Shown in pieces: positions 43,039 to 53,827 of a stretch of DNA of 64,000 nt. The stretch spans positions 128,001-192,000 of the forward strand of contig CAVRVY010000003.1 of the NCBI GenBank assembly GCA_963724765.1, written 5' to 3'. The stretch comes from an uncultured delta proteobacterium. Its GTDB lineage: Bacteria > Desulfobacterota > Binatia > Binatales > Binataceae. The notes under the pieces were generated by a model. That model had not been told where the DNA came from. It did not search any database and saw only the letters and a program-made list of their open reading frames with translations. Position 1 is the stretch's first letter; the number at the start of each line of letters is the position of its first letter. The position numbers and the translations under genes are program-made.

Positions 43039-45534
43039 GTGGCGAAATCCGTTAGAGCGGCGCTTTCCGACACCATAGAAAAGCTCATCGCGCAGTATAG
43101 TTGCGGTCCCGTAAAATTCAGCGGAGCTGACGAGGCCCTATATGAGCGCCATCTCCTTTTCGACAGTGTTACGGACATAAAGGTCGCCGACGCGCGCGAT
43201 CGCTTTGAAGCGATTGCACGATCCGTACGCGACGTGCTTTCCCAGCGTTGGATCCGCACCGAGCAGACGTATGAGAGCAGGAATCCCAAACGTGTCTATT
43301 ATTTGTCGATAGAATTTCTTCTCGGTCGCTCGCTCGCCAACAACGTTCAAAACCTTCTGCTCGACCCTGTGGCGGAGCAATTGATCAAAGAGAAAAATCT
43401 CGATCGGCTGGGTTTGCTGGAGCAGGAACCCGACGCCGGTCTCGGCAATGGAGGCCTCGGCCGGCTCGCTGCTTGCTTCCTTGATTCTATGGCAGCGATG
43501 CAACTCCCAGGAATGGGCTATGGGCTGCGCTACGAATACGGGATGTTCAAGCAATCAATCGACAATGGCTGGCAGCAGGAACGCCCGGACAATTGGCTGC
43601 GTCGCCCGGACCCTTGGGAAGTGGCTCGTCCGCATGAAAGAGTCGAACTGCAGCTCAATTGCTCCATTGAGGTCCGCGGGGGAGCGCTACATCCGGTCAG
43701 CGATCGGCCTTCGACTCTGATCGGGATTCCCTTTGATCGTCCGGTGGTTGGCTACGGCGGCAAGACCATAAACACGCTAAGACTCTGGGCCGCTGCTGCT
43801 CCTGATGAATTCAAGTTTCAGGAATTCAGCCACGGCGATTTCGTCTCTGCCGTGGCAGAGAGGCTGGGAGCGGAATCACTGACTCGAGTGCTGTATCCCG
43901 ACGACTCCACCAGTATGGGGCAGGGCTTGCGCTTTGTCCAGGAGTACTTTCTGGTCGCCTGCTCGCTTGCCGATATTGTGCGACGGTTCCGGCGCGACAA
44001 TCCCGATTGGAGCACGCTTCCTGAGAAGGTCGCCGTCCAACTCAACGACACACATCCGGCAATCGCGGTGCCGGAGTTAATGCGGATATTGCTCGACGAG
44101 GCGAAGCTGGGGTGGGACGAAGCCTGGGACCTGACGGTAAAAGCGCTGGCGTACACAAATCACACGTTGCTGCCCGAAGCGCTCGAAAAATGGCCAGTTG
44201 AGTGGTTTCGGATGCTCATACCGCGCAACCTAGAGATCACATTTGAAATCAATCGGCGATTGCTCGATGACGTTCGTAGCCGCTTTCCGGGTGACGACGG
44301 TCGTGTCTCGAGGATCAGCTTGATCGAGGAAGGCCCGACGAAGCACATACGGATGGCCAACTTGGCCATCGTCGGGTCGCACAGCACTAACGGCGTAGCC
44401 GAGATCCACTCTCAATTACTGCGCACGACGACGGTCAAGGATCTGGCCGAATTGTTTCCCGAACGCTTCAACAACAAGACGAATGGCGTCACGCCCCGGC
44501 GCTGGTTGCTGCTCGCGAATCTGGCCTTGGCCCGCACGATCACAGAGGCGATCGGCGAAGACTGGATTACCGATCTGAGCCAGTTGAGCAGACTTAAGCC
44601 GCTTGCCGCGAACAGAGCCTTTCGCGACAACTTCCGTGAGGCCACTCGTCAGACGAAAGTTCGGTTTGCTGACTGGCTCAAGTCGAAGTTCGGGGTAACG
44701 GTAGATCCGGATTCAATTTTCGATAGCCAGGTTAAACGCATCCACGAATATAAGCGGCAACTTCTGAACGCACTTCGCATCGTGGTGCTCTACAACCGAC
44801 TGCGGGAAGATCCCAAGGCACTGATACAGCCGCGGACCTTTTTCTTCGCAGGGAAAGCGGCGCCAGGCTACCACCTGGCGAAGCTCATCATAAAGTTCAT
44901 TAACAATGTGGCCGATACAATCGACAATGACCCTGTGATTCGAGGTCGAATCAAAGTCCTGTTTGTTCCCGAGTACGACGTTTCACTGGCAGAACGGCTG
45001 ATTCCGGCCAGCGATGTTTCCAATCAGATCTCAACCGCAGGTTACGAAGCCAGCGGCACCAGCAACATGAAGTTCATGATGAATGGAGCTCTGACTATTG
45101 GCACGCGCGACGGAGCGACGATCGAGATGGCGCAGGAAGCGGGCGAGGAAAACCTCTTCCTGTTCGGTCTCACAGCCCAGCAGGTGGCCGACAGCCGAAG
45201 CTGGTACAACCCGCACTGGCACTATGACAACGAACCCGAAACGCGCGCCGCCTTGGACCTGATCTTTTCTGATCACTTCAGCCCTAATGAGCATGGCGTG
45301 TTTGAACCGTTGCGGGACGCCCTTCTCAGGCACGGGGATTATTACATGCACTTGGCAGACCTCAAGTCATATCTCGACGCCGACCGCAGGCTCGTCGACT
45401 TATACGCGGACCGAGAAGAATGGGCACGTCGGGCGATCCTCAACGTGGCGAGCTCAGGCAAGTTCTCAAGCGACAGAACCATTGCAGAGTACGCAAAGGA
45501 CATCTGGAACGTCGAGCCTTGTCCCCTCACATAG
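43039..45534 (+). CDS. glgP: Glycogen/starch phosphorylase
   Basis: GLGNGGLGRLAAC, KRIHEYKRQ and EASGTSNMK. Confidence 0.96.
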   Translation: MAKSVRAALSDTIEKLIAQYSCGPVKFSGADEALYERHLLFDSVTDIKVADARDRFEAIARSVRDVLSQRWIRTEQTYESRNPKRVYYLSIEFLLGRSLANNVQNLLLDPVAEQLIKEKNLDRLGLLEQEPDAGLGNGGLGRLAACFLDSMAAMQLPGMGYGLRYEYGMFKQSIDNGWQQERPDNWLRRPDPWEVARPHERVELQLNCSIEVRGGALHPVSDRPSTLIGIPFDRPVVGYGGKTINTLRLWAAAAPDEFKFQEFSHGDFVSAVAERLGAESLTRVLYPDDSTSMGQGLRFVQEYFLVACSLADIVRRFRRDNPDWSTLPEKVAVQLNDTHPAIAVPELMRILLDEAKLGWDEAWDLTVKALAYTNHTLLPEALEKWPVEWFRMLIPRNLEITFEINRRLLDDVRSRFPGDDGRVSRISLIEEGPTKHIRMANLAIVGSHSTNGVAEIHSQLLRTTTVKDLAELFPERFNNKTNGVTPRRWLLLANLALARTITEAIGEDWITDLSQLSRLKPLAANRAFRDNFREATRQTKVRFADWLKSKFGVTVDPDSIFDSQVKRIHEYKRQLLNALRIVVLYNRLREDPKALIQPRTFFFAGKAAPGYHLAKLIIKFINNVADTIDNDPVIRGRIKVLFVPEYDVSLAERLIPASDVSNQISTAGYEASGTSNMKFMMNGALTIGTRDGATIEMAQEAGEENLFLFGLTAQQVADSRSWYNPHWHYDNEPETRAALDLIFSDHFSPNEHGVFEPLRDALLRHGDYYMHLADLKSYLDADRRLVDLYADREEWARRAILNVASSGKFSSDRTIAEYAKDIWNVEPCPLT

Positions 45535-45571
45535 CCGATTTGACTCGACCACATTCGAAGAGAAACCAATC

Positions 45572-47251
45572 ATGAACGTCAGTCCCAAAGCAGGCAAACC
45601 TGCCGAGCCGGCGATTCTGATCGATGTTCCGAAGCTGGTGGACGCTTACTATGCGGGCCGACCCGATCCATCCGTGACCGCGCAGCGCGTGGTGTTCGGT
45701 ACTTCCGGGCATCGCGGCTGCTCGCTCGAGAATTCCTTCAATGAGGCACACATCCTCGCGATTACTCAGGCGATCTGCCTCTACCGCAAGCAACAGCGCA
45801 TCGACGGGCCGCTGTACATCGGTTTCGACACGCACGCGCTTTCCGAACCCGCTTTCAAGAGTGCATTGGAGGTGCTGGCGGGCAACAGCATCGAAGTGAT
45901 GGTCGATGCCGGGAACGGCTATACACCCACGCCCGTGATCTCGCATGCGATTCTCAGCTACAACCGGGGCCGCCGGCGCGGACTTGCGGATGGCATAGTC
46001 ATCACGCCGTCGCATAATCCGCCGCGATTCGGCGGCTTCAAATACGACCCGCCACACGGCGGTCCTGCTGACACTCACGTGACAACATGGATCGAAGAAC
46101 AGGCTAACGCACTCATTTCGGACCAACTACGCAGCGTCGCGCGGGTACCGATCGAACGACCACGCACGACTCCAATGGTCCATCAGCATGACTATTTAAA
46201 TTCTTATGTGAACGATCTCCCCGCTGTGGTGGACCTTGATGCGATTAGCCACAGCAAGGTTCGCATCGGGGTCGATCCGCTGGGCGGCGCCAGCGTGGCC
46301 TACTGGGATGCCATACGCGATCGCTATGGACTCAACCTAGAGGTCGTCAATCGCGCCGTCGACCCGACGTTCAGGTTCATGACGGTCGATTGGGACGGCC
46401 AGATCCGAATGGACCCTTCATCGGTGTACGCGATGGCGCGCATCGTCGCCCTGAAAGACCGATTCGACGTCGCCTTCGCAAGCGACACCGATGCCGATCG
46501 CCATGGAATCGTGAGCCACAGTCAAGGGCTACTCGATCCGAACCATTATCTTTCGGTTGCGATTTCGTACCTCTTCGCGAATCGTCCGCAGTGGTCCAAA
46601 GAGGTAGCCGTTGGCAAGACCATCGTCAGCAGCGGCATGATCGATCGGGTGGCAGAGGGTTTGAAGCGCCGACTGATCGAAGTGCCGGTGGGATTCAAGT
46701 GGTTCGTCGACGGGCTCATCGATGGCAGTGTCGGATTCTGCGGCGAGGAAAGCTCGGGGGCAACGTTTCTGCGGCGCGACGGTACCGTGTGGACGACGGA
46801 CAAAGACGGAATTGTTCCGAACCTGCTTGCCGCCGAAATCACGGCACGCACCGGCCGCGACCCGGGTGAACACTACCGCAAATTGACGGCTGAATTCGGT
46901 GACCCGCTATACGAGCGACTCGACGCCCCTGCGACATCGGAACAGAAAGCCAGGCTGGCAAAGCTTTCTCCAGAAGCGATTACCGAATCGACGCTGGCGG
47001 GCGAGCCGATCATCGCCAAGCTGACGAACGCGCCCGGCAACCAGGCTCCAATCGGCGGCTTGAAGGTGATTGCTGCTAGCGGCTGGTTCGCGGCGCGTCC
47101 TTCCGGAACGGAGAGCATCTACAAAATCTATGCGGAAAGTTTCAAGGACCGAGATCATCTGAACGCCATCGTCAGCGAAGCTCAGGCAATCGTGAAACGC
47201 GCGTTGGACTCGTCTGAACCAGACCGCGGCTCGCGGGCAGCGCGACAATGA
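45572..47251 (+). CDS. pgm: Phosphoglucomutase (alpha-D-glucose-1,6-bisphosphate-dependent)
   Basis: FGTSGHRG, TPSHNP, DTDADRH, GEES and RPSGTE. Confidence 0.95.
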   Translation: MNVSPKAGKPAEPAILIDVPKLVDAYYAGRPDPSVTAQRVVFGTSGHRGCSLENSFNEAHILAITQAICLYRKQQRIDGPLYIGFDTHALSEPAFKSALEVLAGNSIEVMVDAGNGYTPTPVISHAILSYNRGRRRGLADGIVITPSHNPPRFGGFKYDPPHGGPADTHVTTWIEEQANALISDQLRSVARVPIERPRTTPMVHQHDYLNSYVNDLPAVVDLDAISHSKVRIGVDPLGGASVAYWDAIRDRYGLNLEVVNRAVDPTFRFMTVDWDGQIRMDPSSVYAMARIVALKDRFDVAFASDTDADRHGIVSHSQGLLDPNHYLSVAISYLFANRPQWSKEVAVGKTIVSSGMIDRVAEGLKRRLIEVPVGFKWFVDGLIDGSVGFCGEESSGATFLRRDGTVWTTDKDGIVPNLLAAEITARTGRDPGEHYRKLTAEFGDPLYERLDAPATSEQKARLAKLSPEAITESTLAGEPIIAKLTNAPGNQAPIGGLKVIAASGWFAARPSGTESIYKIYAESFKDRDHLNAIVSEAQAIVKRALDSSEPDRGSRAARQ

Positions 47252-48783
47252 GCAACCAAGACCGGCTTACATCTCTTCCGCCGTTTGCCTCTGACTACCG
47301 TGCCTCAGGCTTGTTGCTGCACATTACGTCACTGCCCTCAGCGTACGGGATCGGCGATGTGGGACCCTCGGCGTTTGCGTGGCTAGACCGTCTCCAAGAA
47401 GCAGGTCAAAGCTGGTGGCAGGCACTGCCTCTCGGCCCCACCGGGTATGGCAACTCTCCGTATCAATCGCTGTCATCCTTCGCCGGCAACGAGCTGCTGG
47501 TCAGCCCAGAGTCTCTCACCGAGGACGGACTGTTGCGAGCCAACGAATACTCTCCTCATTCGTGCTCCCCCGCCATCGACTACGATGTTGTCATTCCGTT
47601 TAAACGCGATCTGCTCGAAACGGCATGGACCAACTTCAAACAGGGGGCCCGCCGGGATCTGCAGGCCGCTTTCGATGAGTTCCGCCACGCCGAAGCGCAT
47701 TGGCTGGACGATTACAGCCTTTTCCGTGCGCTGAAGTTGAAGCACAACGGCGCATATTATCTGGAGTGGCCCGTAGAAGTGGTTCAGCGTGTCCCCGCAG
47801 CACTGGCTCGGGCCCGGGCCGAGTTGTGGGAACGAATCGAGAAGGTCTGCCTTGCTCAGTTCTTGTTATTTCGGCAGGGCGAACGGCTTAAAGAATACGC
47901 GCACGCCAAGGGCGTGCGCCTGATTGGTGACCTGCCCTTTTTCGTTTCGCCGGATTCGAGCGACGTTTGGGCCAACCCCGACTTGTTCGTGCTCGATGAT
48001 CACCACCACCCGCGTTTCGTAGCCGGCGTGCCTCCTGACTACTTCAGCGCCGACGGACAGCTCTGGGGGAATCCCGTGTACGACTGGGACGCGCACCGGC
48101 GGACTGGCTTTCGCTGGTGCATCGATCGGTTGCGGGCCTTGCTGGCGCACGTCAACGCGATTCGCCTGGATCACTTTCGTGCGTTCGCTGCTGCATGGCA
48201 TGTTCCGGCTGGAGCACCCACGGCCAAAGCCGGGCACTGGGCGCCAGGCCCCGGCGCTGAGTTCTTTAACGCGCTACAGAACGAGCTTGGCAACCTTCCA
48301 TTTTTTGCGGAAGACTTGGGAGTGATCACGCCGGACGTGTGCGCATTGCGCGACCAGTTTCAGATCCCTGGAACCCGAGTCCTCCAATTCGCCTTCGACG
48401 GCAACCCAGAAAATCCGCATTTGCCGCAGCACTACATTCCCAACGCGGTCGCGTACACCGGTACTCATGACAACAACACGACGCGCGGCTGGTTTGAAGA
48501 GCTGCCGAGTCAACAGCGGCAGCGGGTGTGGAAATACCTCAACCGATCCGAGGGCGACAGTCGGGAGGTCACGACAGCCTTGATGCAAGCGGTGTGGTCG
48601 TCGGCTGCGGCTTTGGCGATGGCTCCTCTCCAGGATGTCCTCAACTTGGGAAGCGAAGCGCGGATGAACGTGCCCGGCCGTCCCGGAGGTAACTGGCGCT
48701 GGCGCTGCAACGAAGAAATGCTTTCAGGTCCAGCTTTTGAACAGCTGCGCGACCTGTCGAAGGCGACGAACCGATGGAGGTGA
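47248..48783 (+). CDS. malQ: 4-alpha-glucanotransferase
   Basis: GVPPDYFS, RLDHFR, EDLG and TGTHDN. Confidence 0.95.
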   Translation: MSNQDRLTSLPPFASDYRASGLLLHITSLPSAYGIGDVGPSAFAWLDRLQEAGQSWWQALPLGPTGYGNSPYQSLSSFAGNELLVSPESLTEDGLLRANEYSPHSCSPAIDYDVVIPFKRDLLETAWTNFKQGARRDLQAAFDEFRHAEAHWLDDYSLFRALKLKHNGAYYLEWPVEVVQRVPAALARARAELWERIEKVCLAQFLLFRQGERLKEYAHAKGVRLIGDLPFFVSPDSSDVWANPDLFVLDDHHHPRFVAGVPPDYFSADGQLWGNPVYDWDAHRRTGFRWCIDRLRALLAHVNAIRLDHFRAFAAAWHVPAGAPTAKAGHWAPGPGAEFFNALQNELGNLPFFAEDLGVITPDVCALRDQFQIPGTRVLQFAFDGNPENPHLPQHYIPNAVAYTGTHDNNTTRGWFEELPSQQRQRVWKYLNRSEGDSREVTTALMQAVWSSAAALAMAPLQDVLNLGSEARMNVPGRPGGNWRWRCNEEMLSGPAFEQLRDLSKATNRWR

Positions 48784-48787
48784 CACG

Positions 48788-49864
48788 ATGAGAGCGACCG
48801 AGCAGCTCCGTAATTTGGGCCAGAGTCTCTGGCTCGACAACATCACGCGCGATTTGCTCGACGGCGGCACGCTCAAGCGCTACATCGACGATCTGTCGGT
48901 GACGGGACTCACGTCGAATCCAACGATCTTCGATCACGCCATCACTCATAGCAAATCGTACGATTCAGAAATTCAGCGCCTCCTGAGCACTGGGCTCTCC
49001 GGTGAAGCATTGTTTTTTGAGCTGGCGCTGCAGGACTTGACACGTGCCGCCGATCTGTTCGCTCCGATACACGAACGCACCGCTGGCGTTGACGGCTGGG
49101 TATCGCTGGAAGTCTCACCGCTTCTTGCCTACGACGCCAAGGCCACGGTGGTCGAGGCCAAAGCACTTCATAAAAAGGCCAATCGGCACAACCTGTTCAT
49201 CAAAATTCCCGGCACCAAGGAAGGAGCGCCAGCGGTCGAAGACGCGATCTTTTCAGGTGTACCGGTGAATGTGACTCTGCTTTTCACGCGTGATCATTAC
49301 GTGGCCGCCGCCGAGGCTTATATGAGCGGACTGGAGCGACGAGTCGCTGCCGGTCTGAGTCCTGACGTCCGTTCGGTGGCATCGCTCTTCATCAGCCGCT
49401 GGGACAAGGCCACGATGGATAAAGTGCCCGAGAGGGACCGCGACAGACTGGGCGTCGCCATCGGCCAGCAAGTTTACGCGGCATACCGCGACCTGCTCGA
49501 GTCGGATCGCTGGCAGCAACTGGCAAGTTGCGGCGCACGCCCGCAACGGTTGCTCTTTGCAAGCACTGGCACCAAGGATCCCAAGGCGTCCGATGTCCTT
49601 TATATAGGTGCCTTAGCCGCTCCCAACACAATCAACACGATGCCCGAGGAAACCTTGCTCGCGTTCGGCGAGCACGGTCGGGTCAGTGACGTCATTCCGC
49701 GCGGCGGCGGCGACTGTGAACAAGTGCTGGCAGAGTTCGGCAGCGTCGGCGTTGATGTGGCAAAACTTGGCATAGATCTGCAGAAGGAGGGAACCAAATC
49801 TTTTGACGATTCCTGGCAGGACCTGTTGAACGCAATCGAGGCCAAGAGCAAGGCGTTGAAGTAA
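48788..49864 (+). CDS. tal: Transaldolase
   Basis: [22 protein letters not shown] and ASTGTK. Confidence 0.94.
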   Translation: MRATEQLRNLGQSLWLDNITRDLLDGGTLKRYIDDLSVTGLTSNPTIFDHAITHSKSYDSEIQRLLSTGLSGEALFFELALQDLTRAADLFAPIHERTAGVDGWVSLEVSPLLAYDAKATVVEAKALHKKANRHNLFIKIPGTKEGAPAVEDAIFSGVPVNVTLLFTRDHYVAAAEAYMSGLERRVAAGLSPDVRSVASLFISRWDKATMDKVPERDRDRLGVAIGQQVYAAYRDLLESDRWQQLASCGARPQRLLFASTGTKDPKASDVLYIGALAAPNTINTMPEETLLAFGEHGRVSDVIPRGGGDCEQVLAEFGSVGVDVAKLGIDLQKEGTKSFDDSWQDLLNAIEAKSKALK

Positions 49865-49886
49865 TCAGCACGAAGGAACAGATCAA

Positions 49887-50491
49887 ATGCTGGAAGGCAG
49901 ATTTTTAAGAGAGACTCCCGCGTGGGGCGCGCTGCAGGCGCACTACGAGAAAGTCAAAGATATCCACTTAAGGCAGCTGTTCGCGGACGATCCAGACCGG
50001 GGAGAGCGTTTTACCGTCGAAGGCGCAAACTTGTACCTGGACTACTCCAAGAACCGCATTACCGATGAAACAGTTCGATTGCTCGTGCAGCTCGCCAGGG
50101 AGCGAGGCGTCGCGGAGCGGCGCGACGCGATGTTCCGCGGTGAGAAGATCAATGTCACCGAAAAGCGGGCTGTGTTGCATGTGGCCCTGCGGGCCCCGAA
50201 AGGAGCCTCGATTGTCGTCGACGGCCACAACGTGGTGCCTGAGGTTCATGCCGTGCTGGACAAGATGGCTAACTTCTCCAACCGCATCCGCCGCGGCGAA
50301 TGGAGGGGCCACACCGGCAAGGTCATACGCAACGTTGTCAACATAGGCATCGGCGGCTCCGACCTCGGACCCGTCATGGCGTACGAAGCACTGAGACACT
50401 ATAGCGATCGCTCGATCACGTTCCGCTTTGTTTCCAACGTCGATGGCACTGACTTCTTCGAAGCGACCCGTGACCTCGATCCGGCCGAAAC
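49887..50491 (+). pseudogene. pgi: Glucose-6-phosphate isomerase, 3' end lost at the IS21 left end
   Basis: [24 protein letters not shown] and FVSNVDG; breaks after LDPAET at about 200 aa. Confidence 0.92.
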
Positions 50492-50607
50492 TGAGAGCGC
50501 CAGAGAGAAAATCCCTCACTGAAGCAGCCGGATAGACCGGTTGCACCGGAGTAAAAATCCGGCAGCAATAGCCCATTTGCCGTGGAACGGCAGAGGTGGG
50601 CGGAGGG

Positions 50608-52107
50608 ATGAAGCGGGTGGAACTATACGCGCAGGTTCGACGAGCGGTTTACGTGGAGGGGCTGAGTCGGCGGGAAGCAGCACGGCGCTTTGGGATCGAC
50701 CCGCGGACGGTGGCGAAGATGCTGGCGTTCTCGGTGCCGCCTGGTTATCGACGGAGCCGGCCGCCGGCGCGGCCCAAGCTGGATCCGTTTGTCGGGATTA
50801 TCGACCGGATCTTGGAAGAAGATAAGTTACGCCCAGCCAAGCAGCAGCACACGGCGAAACGGATTTTCGAGCGGCTGCGCGATGAGCATGGGTATGACGG
50901 CGGGATCTCGATCGTAAGGGCTTACGTACACGAGCATCGCCAGCGGCTGCGCGAGATGTTCGTGCCACTGCACCATGATCCTGGACACGCGCAAGTCGAC
51001 TTCGGTGAAGCGCTCGCGGTAATCGCAGGTGAGGAGTGCAAGATCCACTTCTTCGCGATGGACTTGCCGCACAGCGATGCTTGTTTGGTGCAGGCCTATC
51101 CGGCGGAGAGCACCGAGGCCTTCTGCGAAGGTCACAACGTCAGCTTCGAGTTCTTTGGCGGAGTGCCGCGTTCGATCCTCTACGACAACACCAAGCTGGC
51201 GGTGGCGCGCATACTCGGAGATGGCACCCGTAAGCGCACCAAGGTCTTCAGTGAGCTGCAGTCCCACTCTCTGTTCGCCGATCGCTTCGGGCGGCCGGGC
51301 AAGGGTAACGATAAGGGCAAGGTCGAGGGGTTGGTCGGCTATGCGCGGCGCAACTTCATGGTGCCGATCCCGCGCGCACTCAGCTTCGCTGAGCTAAATG
51401 AGCAGTTGCTGGAGTGCTGCCGCCGTCGTTTGAAGGATCGGCTACGTGGTCATGATGACACCATCGGCGAGCGGCTGGTGAAGGACCGTGAGGCTCTCCT
51501 GCCGCTGCCGCCCGCACCCTATGATGCGTGCGAAAAGAGGCCCGCCTGGGTCAGCTCGTTGTCGCTGGTGCGCTACCGCGGCAACAACTACTCAGTGCCA
51601 AGCGCATACGGTCACCGCGAGGTGCTGGTCCGAGGTTACGTCCACGAAGTTGTGATCGCCTGTGCAACCGAGGAGATCGCCCGGCACGCTCGTTCCTACG
51701 AGCGCGAGGACTTCGTGTTCAACCCACTGCACTACCTGGCCCTGCTGGAGCGGAAGATCGGCGCGCTGGACCAGGCCGCGCCGCTGGTCGGCTGGGAACT
51801 ACCTGAAGAGTTCGCAACGCTGCGCCGGCTGCTCGAAGCGCGCCTGCGCAAGCCCGGTAAGCGGGAGTTCGTTCAGGTCCTGCGCTTGCTCGAGGTGTTC
51901 GGTCTCGAAGACGTGGTCGCAGGAGTTCGAGAAGCGATCGATCGCGGAGTGATTAGCTTCGACGCGGTCAAGCATCTCGTGCTGTGCCGCATCGAACGGC
52001 GCCCACCGCGACTCGACCTGAAGATCTATCCCTATCTGCCACAGGCGACTGTGAGCACCACCTCGGCCCGATCCTACCTGAGCCTGATGGCGGGAGCAGG
52101 TTCATGA
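50608..52107 (+). CDS. istA: IS21 transposase
   Basis: AQVDFG, LYDNTK and KGKVE DDE motifs. Confidence 0.95.
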   Translation: MKRVELYAQVRRAVYVEGLSRREAARRFGIDPRTVAKMLAFSVPPGYRRSRPPARPKLDPFVGIIDRILEEDKLRPAKQQHTAKRIFERLRDEHGYDGGISIVRAYVHEHRQRLREMFVPLHHDPGHAQVDFGEALAVIAGEECKIHFFAMDLPHSDACLVQAYPAESTEAFCEGHNVSFEFFGGVPRSILYDNTKLAVARILGDGTRKRTKVFSELQSHSLFADRFGRPGKGNDKGKVEGLVGYARRNFMVPIPRALSFAELNEQLLECCRRRLKDRLRGHDDTIGERLVKDREALLPLPPAPYDACEKRPAWVSSLSLVRYRGNNYSVPSAYGHREVLVRGYVHEVVIACATEEIARHARSYEREDFVFNPLHYLALLERKIGALDQAAPLVGWELPEEFATLRRLLEARLRKPGKREFVQVLRLLEVFGLEDVVAGVREAIDRGVISFDAVKHLVLCRIERRPPRLDLKIYPYLPQATVSTTSARSYLSLMAGAGS

Positions 52108-52880
52108 GCGATACGCCCCAGGTTCTGCTCACCCATTACTTGAAAACACTCAGATTGCCCACCTTTTTGCGCGAGTATGACAAGTTGGCGCGCCAATGCG
52201 CCGGCGAGGATGTCGACTATCCTCGCTACCTGTTGCGCCTGGCCGAGCTGGAGATGATCGAACGGGAACGCCGGACCATCGAGCGGCGAATCAAGGAAGC
52301 CAGGTTCCCGGCGGTCAAAAGTCTCGATAGCTTCGAATTCGCAGCGCTCCCCTCGCTCAACAAGACGCTAGTGCTGGAACTGGCCCGCTCGGAGTATATC
52401 GCGCGCCGCGAGAACATCATCGCGGTCGGCAACAGTGGCACCGGCAAGACTCATGTGGCTCTCGGGCTAGGTCTGGCCGCCTGCCAGAAGGGTCTCGCGG
52501 TCGGCTTCACCACCGCTGCCGCTTTGGTCAACGAGCTGCATGAAGCGCATGATGAGAAGCGTCTGCTGCGCCTCCAACGTCAACTCGCCGGCTACAAGCT
52601 TCTGATCGTGGATGAACTCGGCTACGTCCCGCTCTCCCCAACTGGTGCAGAGTTACTGTTCGAAGTCTTCAGCCAGCGCTACGAGCGCGGCTCGATCATC
52701 GTTACCAGCAATCTGCCGTTCGATGAGTGGACCAGCGTGTTCGGCTCCGAGCGCTTAACCGGCGCACTGCTTGATCGTCTTACCCACCACGTTCACATCC
52801 TCGAGATGAACGGTGACAGCTTCAGGCTCAAACACAGCAAGCGCCGCATCAGTGACGATCAACCGCGAGAATCCGGCTAA
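52104..52880 (+). CDS. istB: IS21 helper ATPase
   Basis: GNSGTGKTH, IVDELGY and LLDRLTHH. Confidence 0.95.
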   Translation: MSDTPQVLLTHYLKTLRLPTFLREYDKLARQCAGEDVDYPRYLLRLAELEMIERERRTIERRIKEARFPAVKSLDSFEFAALPSLNKTLVLELARSEYIARRENIIAVGNSGTGKTHVALGLGLAACQKGLAVGFTTAAALVNELHEAHDEKRLLRLQRQLAGYKLLIVDELGYVPLSPTGAELLFEVFSQRYERGSIIVTSNLPFDEWTSVFGSERLTGALLDRLTHHVHILEMNGDSFRLKHSKRRISDDQPRESG

Positions 52881-53044
52881 CACCACTAACTCCAACCCAC
52901 AAAGCTAGATCTTTTCGACACAGTAGCGAGGGGGTGATCCCCCTCGCGCTCCCCCTGCCAGACGTCAACCTACCTGCCATCGGCTTATCCAAATGATGGA
53001 CTTTTGCTCTGGCGCGCTGATGTACTTTCACTCCGGTGTTGACA

Positions 53045-53810
53045 CCGCTGTATGCGCAGGGTGCCGTTAGGCGTGGACGGCGCTATCGGTACTACGTATC
53101 ACGAGCGCTGGTCAGAGGTTCCACAGCGGAGGGACAACGTGGATGGCGGGTACCAGGGCCCGAACTGGACCGAGCGGTCGCGATCGCCGCACGAAGCATT
53201 CTGGACGACAAGCCGGCTATTCTCGCTGCTCTGCGGAGCGAGGGAATTGAAGATATCGATGTCAATCAGGTTTTCAAGTTGGCGACTGAATGGAGGGAAC
53301 GTCTTCTGTCTGAGATCGAATGTTCAACGGTTCTGGTTGAATTAGTGGAAAGGGCAACATTGACGGACGAGGGCATTCGACTCGGGCTGAAAATATCCGT
53401 GCCATGCAGCGGGCCAGGCGGCGCCGCGCTGCACAAGGTGCTCCGTCTGTTTCGGTTCGTTCCGCTGAAGGTGAAGAGACGTGGCGTCGAGATGCGGCTC
53501 ATCATCAACGGAGGCGATGAGCCTAGGAGACCCGATCCTGCGCTGCTGAAGGCATTCGCACGGGCTCGAGGATGGTTCGAGGAATTGGCATCGGGCCGCG
53601 TCCGTTCGCTCGTCGAAATCGCGCGCCGCGAAGGACTCGCGAAACGCTACGTCGCCCGCCTGACTAAGCTGGCATTCGTATCGCCGGCGTTCGTGGGACG
53701 CGATCGCAGACGGCAATGTGTCGCCTGGAACCAACCTGCAAATGCTGATGGACGGTCGCGTTGCTCTCCCCCTTTGCTGGAGCGATCAGGAACACCTTTT
53801 CAGCGACTAA
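53045..53810 (+). pseudogene. 3' half of a second large serine recombinase (frameshift ~53696)
   Basis: PLYAQGAVRRGRRYRYYVSRALVRG...GWRVPGPELDRAV matches PLYVQGAVKGTRHYRYYVSRGLVRG...GWRVSAPELERAV of the LSR at 1-1327; corrected frame ends LPLCWSDQEHLFSD*. Confidence 0.85.
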
Positions 53811-53827
53811 ATAGTTCGAGCAGGACC

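Larger units (their letters stand above)
50492..53044 (+). mobile_element. IS21-family insertion sequence
   Basis: TG...CA ends with multiple imperfect terminal repeats: left GCGCCAGAGAGAAAATCC and CACCGGAGTAAAAATCC; right (rc) CACCGGAGTGAAAGTAC and GCGCCAGAGCAAAAGTCC. Encodes istA-istB. Confidence 0.92.
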
